A model generated the notes under the pieces. It searched no databases. It was given only the letters and a program-made list of their open reading frames with translations, and was not told the DNA's origin. This document shows positions 27,912 to 37,537 of a DNA stretch of 64,000 nucleotides, in pieces. Each line of letters begins with the position of its first letter. Position 1 is the first letter of the stretch. The position numbers and the translations under genes were made by a program. This DNA comes from Lytechinus pictus. Its lineage: Eukaryota. Where the stretch lies: assembly GCF_037042905.1 (NCBI RefSeq), contig NC_087252.1:6698001-6762000 (forward strand). Direction: 5' to 3'.

Positions 27912-28008
27912 ATATCACTGAATGAGGGGGTACTTCAAATCTGCTAATGATGGTATACTGTAGATCTATTATCGTTTGGCAATTCTAAATAGGTTTAGAT
28001 ATATATAT

Positions 28009-30228
28009 TGTAGCCGAACCGACTTTCTTTCCTGACGAGCTGGTTCGTTTCGGCTGCAATATACAACCAGTTGATGTTAAGTCCGTCTTTCTTCACTTCT
28101 GACTCTTTACTCCTTCATAATATCTTATATCATATCTCGTGGAACCGCACAACCATGTTGAAGACCGAATACCCAGCATTCAGTATTTCCGTAATTTCAG
28201 TATCTTGGTAAGAACTTTCAAGCATCCTCACTCATCTCGGAATCTCGGTAAGATCAGTAATTCCCGTCTATTCTCTCGACTCAGTACTTTCCGTATCTTC
28301 TCTCGAGTCAGTATTTTCAGTATCTCAGGAAAGTCGGTATTTTCTGTACTTCAGTAAAGTCAGTATTTTCCGTACTTCGGTAAAGTCAGTATTTTCCGTA
28401 CTTCTCACTTTTTCCAGTCAGTACTTCCAACACTTTTCGTGCTTCTGCTTTTCAGACCATGCATTCTGTAGCTCCGTACTCAACACAATCCGGACCTTTC
28501 GTTTGAGGACGCGCACGCTTATTTACGACGTTAGTTGATTTTGGAAGAGACTTTTTGGGCCCGTCATCATGGTCGTCCTGCAATGCAAATTGTGTGACAT
28601 GAGATTTTTTTTTCGTTTCGCATCTGCGACGGAAACATTCAATATGCGTTTCGTGTGCAAAATGTTGGTTGCTACTATGGTAACAGCGATATATCTCATT
28701 GAGGACGACTTTCCAAAGCCACATTTGACTCCTCCTAGAGCTCGAGAGGCCGCCCGGGGGGCCCACTTCCATTGATTAGTGGATCCCAGGGGCGACCACG
28801 CGTAAAAGGGGACAGAGTGGGCAGGTACGTTACGTATAGGCCTATGTAACGTTATAAGGGTGTCAAAACGATGTTTAAAATGCTGACAAAAAAGGGATAT
28901 CCAATACTTGTAGGGTTTCACAAGCCAAATTCTTGTTAAGAGATGCATTTTCATAATCTGGAAAAGAATTACTTCCCAGCTTGTTTAGGGTATTTTTCGA
29001 AACCCCATGGTCGTGCCTGGTATCCACTCATTAATGGAAGTGGTCCCCCCGGAATTTGAATCTAATCCCCATTTCTGGGGGAAGTAAAACATAATGCCCA
29101 TTACATCGTGTGCGAGAGGCATATCGTTTGTGTAGAAGGAATAAACAAAAGAAACAAAAGAAACAAAAAGAAACGAGTTCAAATGTATTACATAATGGTG
29201 TGCACATATCAACTCACGCGAAATGTTCGGCTGGAGAGGTTGATCTGACCCATGAAATCAATTGCCAGTGATACACCAATAATCCACATTAAATGTAATA
29301 TCGATTCGATGGACTGTAATGATCTATATCTAAGCCTTCATTCAGTAAGTTTTTCCTCACTCAATATGTACTCGATTTGTTTGAAAAACCACTTTCTTAT
29401 CCATGTCATAATCTATTTTAGGTCTTCATTTCGAATATCTCAAACCATCAGTCGTAATATACATGCTATGTATGGTGCGAGTGTCGCAGAAAAGGATTTT
29501 GCACACGAAAAGCAGATCTCTAGGGCCTGTAACCCCCCTGTAACACAAAGTTTAGCATTGATTGTAGAGCAGTTTTCTACGTTTGATTCTATTGACTATA
29601 ATGCACATTCAATCTTAAAAATCAAGTGTATGATTAAGCGTTAACTTTTGTGTTAGGGGACACTAATATTAGCGTCCGTGAGGATTGCGAAAGGTCCCAA
29701 ATGACAGGCATGAAAACGAAGTATTTCTTTCTTCAAACTTTACTAGAATACATGCTCACCCTGGCGCAGCAGGATCAAACAGAACTTGAGCAGAGTTTCG
29801 GGCAGAAAATACTACTTGTAGGCCTAGTAGCCTGGTTTGTGATCGAGCGTATAGTAGACCTGTACCAATCTAGCTCATCGATTGAGGAGGGAGCTTGTCA
29901 GGCTATAAAATTTTATCACTATTTAAAAATAGTTAAAGTCATAGAATAAATCTTTTCAGTAAGACAATGGTGATTGTCACTTATTTTGTGTATCCAAACA
30001 GTGTGAAATTATTAAACATAAAGAGCTAAAACAATTATACAGTTGTAAACTTCGATACTTCTCAGCAAAAAGGCATAATTACATTTTTACAGAAAATCAC
30101 TACATAATCGATTACAAGCGATTACTGAATTTCGCTATACAACTATAAATATGGGTTAAAAATTATTCTACAGTCTTTGCCGTTCCAAAACAACACTGAT
30201 AATTAAATAAACCTTTCATTTTGTTACA
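28009..30228 (-). repeat. 3' LTR (about 1007 bp, interrupted by a 1.2-kb insertion)
   Basis: 28009-28489 and 29700-30228 match the 5' LTR with roughly 8 substitutions and one 1-bp indel (counted by eye). Confidence 0.95.
28490..29699. mobile_element. Composite non-autonomous element inserted in the 3' LTR
   Basis: Absent from the 5' LTR; apparent AAT duplication; 10-bp inverted repeat ggacctttcg (28492) / cgaaaggtcc (29688); diverged inverted relative at about 58360-59075. Confidence 0.85.
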
Positions 30229-30231
30229 CAA

Positions 30232-30241
30232 CTCCCTCCTT
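30232..30241 (-). promoter_or_regulatory. Polypurine tract
   Basis: AAGGAGGGAG three bases upstream of the 3' LTR start TGTAACA on the minus strand. Confidence 0.85.
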
Positions 30242-30626
30242 CGAAAAGCTCGGTCCCCGAGCTGTCCAATTTCCTAGCAAAGCAACACTTGCAAATTCAG
30301 TTTCTTTACATTTTGTAACAATTCCATAAGAAATTATCATGTTTAATATGAGCAAGATAACCACTCCGCATTTTCTAATTTCAAACTTCCTATGGATATA
30401 ACATTCGAGATGATTTTTTTTTCCTTCCATCTGAGTTTGTAAACAATATTTCTAAAGATGAACTAAACTACATACAACTTCTATGTACACAAACGTTAAC
30501 ATCATCATACATTAAAAGGCTACAACAAACGATGCAGAATTTTCTTCTCAAGAGTCCTTTTCCGTTTTGTTTAATTCTGCATTTTATGCAAGAGTCTTTT
30601 GAGAGTCATTTTCAGTTTATATAGAA

Positions 30627-31373
30627 TTATGGTTCATCCGGCACTCTTTTGATTTCTTCTGTGAAAATTTCAACGAGCTCTCCTTGTTTGGTGATATATC
30701 TTTCAGTTTTACGTGTAAGGATCACATCTCTGGGTATTTTGATGGATGATGTGGTATACTCCAAAACCGATCCCCCATCATGTCCAGCTTCCCTCAGCTT
30801 AGCTGTCAGATTCCTGACGCGCTTCCGGAGTTCTCCGTCTTCCTCTGTCTGGCAACTGGCGTCGCAGCACCTTGAAGGAGTCTTCTCTGCAGATCTAAAT
30901 CTTTGGTGAGATTTCCCTCGGTCGTTCCGATGAGAAGATTGAGGTGTATTAGATGCGGGTGACCGAGAGCGGCTTCTGCTTCTTCGTCGAATGACACTTC
31001 TTACAGACCTTTCCGGACTTCTTGATGACCTAGGTGCTGAGTGGGAATATCTTCCGCTATCCCTAGGAGATCTCGGGCTCCGGTGTCGGAATGGTGACCT
31101 GTCTAAACGGGACCTAGATTCCGGAGTGTGAACTGGAGTTTTTCCATACTTTCTGGTTGGGACTGGCTCTGCATGGGTCGCTTCATGTTTTTCCAAGTCG
31201 CCCTTCCTTCCACATCTGTAATCGCATTTGGTGCATCTGAACCTTTTCACATGACATTCCCGGTGATGGCGATTAAGCTGTGCCAGTTTCTCAAACGTTT
31301 TGCTGCATTCCCCACAGGAGAATTCATTGTGTGATACTTTGCTGGAAATGCTGATCTCGTCGTCACTCACCAT
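30627..31373 (-). CDS. Retrotransposon accessory protein: two C2H2 zinc fingers, Arg/Ser-rich region, short predicted helix (248 aa from ATG)
   Basis: CGECSKTFEKLAQLNRHHRECH and CTKCDYRCGRKGDLEKHEATH, then RRRSRSRSRSP. Intact ORF between pol and the PPT, preceded by the acceptor tttttattgcag. Confidence 0.85.
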   Translation of the reverse strand: MVSDDEISISSKVSHNEFSCGECSKTFEKLAQLNRHHRECHVKRFRCTKCDYRCGRKGDLEKHEATHAEPVPTRKYGKTPVHTPESRSRLDRSPFRHRSPRSPRDSGRYSHSAPRSSRSPERSVRSVIRRRSRSRSRSPASNTPQSSHRNDRGKSHQRFRSAEKTPSRCCDASCQTEEDGELRKRVRNLTAKLREAGHDGGSVLEYTTSSIKIPRDVILTRKTERYITKQGELVEIFTEEIKRVPDEP

Positions 31374-31573
31374 CTTCTGCAATAAAAATTGGAGAAGAGC
31401 ATAAAATTGGTCATAATTCTGGGCCCGAAATTCGATTTAATTTGTAGCGTGAAACAAAACAGCTGAATTTTATATCCTTCATCTTATTTTACATCTAAAC
31501 GACAGAGTGCATGGTCAAAGCAGAAATACGTTTGTTGTTGGTGAATAATCAATCAACTGTGGTCGTTGTAAGT

Positions 31574-34500
31574 TTAGTTGTTATTGGTTGTTCTGAATTG
31601 CCATACTGGAAGCTCAACACCTTGGTATTTCTTCATGCGATCTGCATGGACCACAAGTGGTAGAGATCTAGGAGATTGTTGAAGACGAAATGTGACAGCA
31701 GAGAGCTTCGAAACGATAAGAAACGGTCCGAGCCATCGGGGTTCCAATTTTGGAGATACTCCTTTTTTTCTAGTTTTCTTTCTGAGCCACACGTATTGCC
31801 CCACGTTGAAGTCGGCCTCGGATGCCCTTCTGTTGTATAGAGTGCGTTGTCGGCTTCCAGCATCCTTTAGGTTTCTTCTTGCTCTTTCATGTACTGTCCG
31901 TAGTGTATCTCTGAGTTTGAAGGCGTAGTCAGTATTAACTTCTTCATCTAGTGGGGTGGGCGGCATTACCAGATCTATTGGTAAGGTGACTTCTCTTCCT
32001 AGCATAAGCATGTTCGGAGTTTCTCCAGTGGACTCTTGAGGACTGCTCCGGTATGCTGCTGTGGCAAAGGGGATATATTTATCCCAGTCACGTTGATGCG
32101 ACTCTGAATCCATCATAGAGGCAACCGTGTTGAGAAGAGTCCGATTAAATCTTTCAATTAGGCCATCGGACTTCGGGTTATAGGGCGTTGTCCGAGTCTT
32201 CTTTACACCCATCAGGCGGCATACCTCTTTGAATACATCCGACTCGAAGTTTCGGCCCTGGTCAGAATGGATGACTGAGGGGACTCCGAATCTACAGAGG
32301 ACTTCTTTCACTAGCTTTTCTGCCACGGTGTCGGCTCGTTCATCAGGTATAGCAAATGCTTCCATCCATTTAGTGAAATAATCCCCAACAACTAAGACAT
32401 ATTTATTGCCATTTGTAGATTCGGGTAACGGACCAAGGATGTCTAGGGCTATACGGTCCATTGGAGATCCACTTATTTGTTGTTGCAAGGGTGCTCTGGT
32501 ATGTACTCCGCTAGCTTTTCTTTTTGCACAGATGTCGCACTGGCGTATTCCAGATCGGAAATCTTCTGTCATCCCGACCCAGAAATACTTCAATCGTGCT
32601 TTCTCGAGGCACTTCTTGATGCCGAAATGGCCTGCGGTAGTAGCAGAATGCATTTCTTTCACCATCTCTTGTACCATGACTCGGGGCACCACAAGTTGCC
32701 ACCTGGTTATTTCCCCATCACTTGACTCCCACCTGCGGTAGAGCACTTCATTCTTGATGTGTAGTGAATCCCAGTATTCTAAGAGACGCTTAGCTTCTCT
32801 TGGCCAGGCAGATGTTTGGGCATCGCTTGGTTTCTGCCCATCCAGTTTGGCCTGTACTACCGGCTTGATCCCGACATCACTTCTCTGTTGGTCTTTGAGT
32901 TCTTTTTGTTCTTCCTCAGTATCAACTGATAATATCCGTACTTGTTCTGGATCTGAGTCTGCTTTGCTATCTTCACGCCCGCACTGCTTACATGGTCGTC
33001 GGGACAAACTGTTTGCATTACTATGGTTCCTTCCAGGTCGGTGAATGATGTCCATGTCGTACTCTGAAATAACCTCAAGCCAGCGGGCAAGTTGTCCGGC
33101 GGGTTCTTTGAAACTTGTCAACCACCTGAGAGATCCGTGATCGGTTCTCACAGTGATATGACGTCCATATAAGTACTGGCGAAAATGTTTCAAGAAGATG
33201 ACGATGGCAAGTAATTCCTTCCTAGTGACACAATAGTTTCTTTCAGTTTTCTTGAGTGTCTTGCTTGCGTACGCAATTACTTTCTCTTGCCCATCCTGGA
33301 TCTGAGACAAGACTGCACCTACTGCAAAATCACTAGCATCAGTGTCCAGAATCATCTGTCCATCGGGCTCAGGGTATGCTAATATGGGCGAGGTGGTGAG
33401 TCTCTCCTTAAGCTGATCGAAAGCTGACTGGCATTCTTCTGTCCAATCAAAGTGTCTGTTCTTTTCCATAAGCTGATGCAAAGGTCTGGCGATCTCTGCA
33501 AATCCCTTGACATAACGTCGGTAATAGGATGCTAAACCAATGAAGCTCCTGAGCTCTGATACAGAAGTTGGGTAATCCCAGTCACGTACAGAGCTTATCT
33601 TCTCTGGATCTGTGCTCACACCTTCAGCCGAGACGACGTGTCCGAGATATCGTACACTTCTACAGAACAGATAACACTTTGATGGTTTCAGTTTAAGGCC
33701 TGCTTCTTTCAGCCGTTGGAATACCATTCTCAGCCTTGTCAGTTCTTCTTCTATTGTTCTGCCATACACGATGACATCGTCCAGATACACAAGCAAGATC
33801 TCCCACTTTAAACCGGCTACCACTCGGTCCATCAGCCTTTCAAACGTGGCCGGCGCATTACATAGCCCGAAAGGCATAGCGCGCCAGGTATATAACCCTC
33901 CATTCGCGAAGAATGCAGATTTCTGTCTTGCCTGTTCGTCCAATTCCACTTGCCAATATCCACTGGCTAAGTCTAATGTGGAGAACCACTTCGCCCCGCC
34001 TAACGCATCTAAGGTGTCACTTATTCTTGGTAGCGGGTAAGCGTCTTTAATGGTGCTAGCATTTAGTTGGCGGTAGTCAACACAAAACCGCTTGCTTCCA
34101 TCCTTCTTGGATACCAACACTACATTTGATGCCCATGGGCTAGAAGTAGGTTCTATCAAACCATGTTGCAGCAAATCCTGAACTTGCCGTTCAATCTCTT
34201 CCCTCTGTGGGGCTGGATATCTTCTATGTGCTTGTCGAAACGGTGGTGTATCTCCGGTGTTGATGCTATGCTGCACATAGTCAGTTCTCCCAATATCAAA
34301 CGAACCCTTCGAAAAGATATCACTGAAGTCCCCTAGTAACTGTGATATGGATTCCTGATATTCTACTGGGACATTCTGCATGGTTCTAGCGAATAGATCA
34401 GTCAGGTGTTCTGGTATGCCAGTCGTAGGTTGTTTACCACATGAGTCCAGGCCCGTGGTTTCCTCTTTCTTCAGAGATGTCATACTAGCTACACAAGTTC

Positions 34501-36490
34501 CTTTCTTGATGACTCTATGTTGTTGGGTTGTGTTGAGAATCCGTACAGGGAGGATCTTTTCCTCGGCGCTTACAACAGCTCGTGCAACCATCAAACCTTT
34601 ACCGAGTAATTCCGTACCATCTCGCGGTCCTTCCAGTAAAGCCGAACCACTAAGGAACTGAGTGTTCCTAGCTTCGCCTGGTAGAATGACTTCACAGCCG
34701 GCCGGAATAGTACTTGTTTGCTGTGCAACAATTCTACAGCAAAATGAATTCCCTTCGTGATCTTGGCATGCTATGGTTCCCTTCGGAGTTCTCAACTCCA
34801 ACATTCTGAGATCTAGTACCACATTCATCTGGATGAGTAAGTCCAGTCCAATGATTCCTTGATTCTTCAGCGCAGCTACTATGACTTCGGAGGCCGCCGC
34901 CATACCTCCAATTTCTAAGACGATCGATGCTCTCCCCATTGTTTCTAGCGGTGAACCGTCTGCCTGGTAAACCATGTCTGTAATTCTACGAAGAGGAGGT
35001 CTCCTTGACTCAATGATGTTGCCGTATACCTCGTTTGATACTAGAGTATGTGAAGAACCAGTATCTATCAGAAATTTTACTGACTGCCCGTTAAGCTTCG
35101 CATTAACGAACAAACCCTGTCTCTTGGCATCCTCTGATGTTCCAACTCTAGCCTGGCCGGGTTCAGGATTGTTCTCTCCTAAATTTCCGTCATCCGGCTC
35201 TTGCTCTTTATTACTGACTTCTTCATGGATATCATCCGTGTTGGATTCAGATGTGATCATGGAGACATGAGCATTTGACTTTGGACAATTCTTGATGAGA
35301 TGTCCCGTTTGGTTACAGTTGTGACATCGTCTCTCAGTAGTCTGATCACTTGTTTTCTCCTTCCTAGGATGTGGACACTTGTTAGCAAAATGGCCAGATT
35401 CTCCACAATTGTAGCAATTGTTGTTTTCTCGGTTGGTCTGCTGTCCAGCTCCATGAGATGCTGTATTCTGTCTTGGCCTTTCAGTAGTTTTGGATTCCAT
35501 TTCCAGAATGAGATCTTTAAGGAACTTTTTCATTCTCACTTCCCATGAGGCTTCTTCAGTAGGGGAAGGGTTTCCGGCATTATCCCCTGAAACAGCTCGG
35601 CTGTACCTGGTTTGTCGGTAGTCCCTCCTGTCTCCTTCCATCCTTAGGAACGCCTCCGTATTCAGGGCAGCTTCTATTGCCTCGTCCAATGATCTTGGTT
35701 GCGAGCGAAACAGTCCTTCCCGAATCTTACTATCCATAATTGCATCTAGGAAATGCCCCCTCGCCAACCGGTCTTGTCCGTCTTCATCGAATTCGGGATA
35801 GGCGAGAGCCGTCATATCTCTAACACTCTGTCCTAATTCCTGGAGGGTCTCTTTAGGCTTTCTCCGTCTCTGTCGCAACTCGGCGAGATAGACTTCCGCT
35901 TTTCCACCTGGACCATATCTTTTTCTCATTCTGTCAACCAGTTCACAGTAACTCAGTCTTCTTCCCGTTTTCTGGGTTAGCAATTTAACAGCAGAACCTC
36001 TTAAGCTGGCTGCCAGATATTTCATCGCTTCGGATTCTCCCCATTCATTCACTACAATGCATGCCTCAAAATGGTTTATATAGTCTTCAACTGGCGAGCG
36101 ACCATCGAACCGATCTGGTATCACATTTGGTTTCTTTGATCTTACATCAGGATAATTCGGTTGACTTGACAAAGGATTTTCTGATTCGGTTCTCAACTGT
36201 GCTGTTGGTCTGTGTTGTGTATTTGATAGCCTGGTTCCGTGAAATTCTTGTTCAAGACTAGTGGGTTGCGGTACTTGTGCTGTTGCTCCGAAATTTTCAA
36301 TTGGTGAAGACTGGAACTGAACTCTTGGCCCTTGCCTACTGCTTGCCTCATCAGTCCCCCATGATGGCGTGAACCCCACACTGGTTCGCAACTCCGCCAT
36401 CATCTGGTCAATCTCCGCCATACTGCTTTCCAACCTCTCCATCACTTCAGCCGGCGATACCGCACGCCCTCTTTGTCCTCTGACATCCAT
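31574..36490 (-). CDS. gag-pol: Gag-Pol polyprotein (single ORF): capsid-like Gag, two CCHC knuckles, aspartic protease, RT, RNase H, integrase
   Basis: CYNCGESGHFANKC, CHNCNQTGHLIKNC, LIDTGS, YLDD, LDTDAS, HHCC, DILGP/HSDQG/IERFN and GPF motifs; first ATG after the PBS at 36488-36490. Confidence 0.97.
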   Translation of the reverse strand: MDVRGQRGRAVSPAEVMERLESSMAEIDQMMAELRTSVGFTPSWGTDEASSRQGPRVQFQSSPIENFGATAQVPQPTSLEQEFHGTRLSNTQHRPTAQLRTESENPLSSQPNYPDVRSKKPNVIPDRFDGRSPVEDYINHFEACIVVNEWGESEAMKYLAASLRGSAVKLLTQKTGRRLSYCELVDRMRKRYGPGGKAEVYLAELRQRRRKPKETLQELGQSVRDMTALAYPEFDEDGQDRLARGHFLDAIMDSKIREGLFRSQPRSLDEAIEAALNTEAFLRMEGDRRDYRQTRYSRAVSGDNAGNPSPTEEASWEVRMKKFLKDLILEMESKTTERPRQNTASHGAGQQTNRENNNCYNCGESGHFANKCPHPRKEKTSDQTTERRCHNCNQTGHLIKNCPKSNAHVSMITSESNTDDIHEEVSNKEQEPDDGNLGENNPEPGQARVGTSEDAKRQGLFVNAKLNGQSVKFLIDTGSSHTLVSNEVYGNIIESRRPPLRRITDMVYQADGSPLETMGRASIVLEIGGMAAASEVIVAALKNQGIIGLDLLIQMNVVLDLRMLELRTPKGTIACQDHEGNSFCCRIVAQQTSTIPAGCEVILPGEARNTQFLSGSALLEGPRDGTELLGKGLMVARAVVSAEEKILPVRILNTTQQHRVIKKGTCVASMTSLKKEETTGLDSCGKQPTTGIPEHLTDLFARTMQNVPVEYQESISQLLGDFSDIFSKGSFDIGRTDYVQHSINTGDTPPFRQAHRRYPAPQREEIERQVQDLLQHGLIEPTSSPWASNVVLVSKKDGSKRFCVDYRQLNASTIKDAYPLPRISDTLDALGGAKWFSTLDLASGYWQVELDEQARQKSAFFANGGLYTWRAMPFGLCNAPATFERLMDRVVAGLKWEILLVYLDDVIVYGRTIEEELTRLRMVFQRLKEAGLKLKPSKCYLFCRSVRYLGHVVSAEGVSTDPEKISSVRDWDYPTSVSELRSFIGLASYYRRYVKGFAEIARPLHQLMEKNRHFDWTEECQSAFDQLKERLTTSPILAYPEPDGQMILDTDASDFAVGAVLSQIQDGQEKVIAYASKTLKKTERNYCVTRKELLAIVIFLKHFRQYLYGRHITVRTDHGSLRWLTSFKEPAGQLARWLEVISEYDMDIIHRPGRNHSNANSLSRRPCKQCGREDSKADSDPEQVRILSVDTEEEQKELKDQQRSDVGIKPVVQAKLDGQKPSDAQTSAWPREAKRLLEYWDSLHIKNEVLYRRWESSDGEITRWQLVVPRVMVQEMVKEMHSATTAGHFGIKKCLEKARLKYFWVGMTEDFRSGIRQCDICAKRKASGVHTRAPLQQQISGSPMDRIALDILGPLPESTNGNKYVLVVGDYFTKWMEAFAIPDERADTVAEKLVKEVLCRFGVPSVIHSDQGRNFESDVFKEVCRLMGVKKTRTTPYNPKSDGLIERFNRTLLNTVASMMDSESHQRDWDKYIPFATAAYRSSPQESTGETPNMLMLGREVTLPIDLVMPPTPLDEEVNTDYAFKLRDTLRTVHERARRNLKDAGSRQRTLYNRRASEADFNVGQYVWLRKKTRKKGVSPKLEPRWLGPFLIVSKLSAVTFRLQQSPRSLPLVVHADRMKKYQGVELPVWQFRTTNNN

Positions 36491-36511
36491 TTCTGAACTT
36501 CTACACCAACT

Positions 36512-36529
36512 ATCCCACTTCTGACACCA
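36512..36529 (-). promoter_or_regulatory. Primer binding site, tRNA-Leu type
   Basis: TGGTGTCAGAAGTGGGAT, 2 nt inside the 5' LTR end; complementary to the 3' end of tRNA-Leu(CAA). Confidence 0.9.
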
Positions 36530-36531
36530 CG

Positions 36532-37537
36532 TGTAGCCGAACCGACTTTCTTTCCTGACGAGCTGGTTCGTTTCGGCTGCAATATACAACCAGTTGATGT
36601 AAAGTCCGTCTTTCTTCACTTCTGACTCTTTACTCCTTCACAATATCTTATATCATATCTCGTGGAACCGCACAACCATGTTGAAGACCGAATACCCAGC
36701 ATTCAGTATTTCCGTAATTTCAGTATCTTGGTAAGAACTTTCAAGCATCCTCACTCATCTCGGAATCTCGGTAAGATCAGTAATTCCCGTCTATTCTCTC
36801 GACTCAGTACTTTCCGTATCTTCTCTCGAGTCAGTATTTTCAGTATCTCAGGAAAGTCGGTATTTTCTGTACTTCAGTAAAGTCAGTATTTTCCGTACTT
36901 CGGTAAAGTCAGTATTTTCCGTACTTCTCACTTTTTCCAGTCAGTACTTCCAACACTTTTCGTGCTTCTGCTTTTCAGACCATGCATTCTGTAGCTCCGT
37001 ACTCAACACAATGACAGGCATGAAAACGAAGTATTTCTTTCTTCAAACTTTACTAGAATATATACTCACCCTGGCGCAGCAGGATCAAACAGAACTTGGG
37101 CAGAGTTTCGGGCAGAAAATACTACTTGTAGGCCTAGTAGCCTGGTTTGTGATCGAGCGTAAAGTAGACCTGTACCAATCTAGCTCATCGATTGAGGAGG
37201 GAGCTTGTCAGGCCATAAAATTTTATCACTATTTAAAAATAGTTAAAGTCATAGAATAAATCTTTTCAGTAAGACAATTGTGATTGTCACTTATTTTGTG
37301 TATCCAAACAGTGTGAAATTATTAAACATAAAGAGCTAAAACAATTATACAGTTGTAAACTTCGATACTTCTCAGCAAAAAGGCATAATTACATTTTTAC
37401 AGAAAATCACTACATAATCGATTACAAGCGATTACTGAATTTCGCTATACAACTATAAATATGGGTTAAAATTATTCTACAGTCTTTGCCGTTCCAAAAC
37501 AACACTGATAATTAAATAAACCTTTCATTTTGTTACA
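36532..37537 (-). repeat. 5' LTR (1006 bp)
   Basis: TGT...ACA ends, matches the 3' LTR, adjacent to the PBS and the TSD. Confidence 0.97.

Larger units (their letters stand above)
28009..37537 (-). mobile_element. Full-length Ty3/Gypsy LTR retrotransposon with an extra ORF
   Basis: TG...CA LTRs, ATAT TSD (28005-28008, 37538-37541), PBS, PPT, domain order Gag-PR-RT-RH-IN. Confidence 0.97.

Noticed and set aside
30627..31382. Calling the extra ORF env
   Set aside because: No signal peptide, TM helix or fusion-protein features; it has zinc fingers and an RS region instead.
36491..36619. N-terminal extension of the 1681-aa ORF in the ORF track
   Set aside because: It starts at a non-ATG codon inside the LTR and crosses the PBS; the ATG at 36488-36490 is the plausible start.
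36700..36950. CRISPR-like reading of the 26-bp LTR repeats (also the 39998-40620 array)
   Set aside because: Head-to-tail degenerate units without unique spacers, no cas genes, eukaryotic context.
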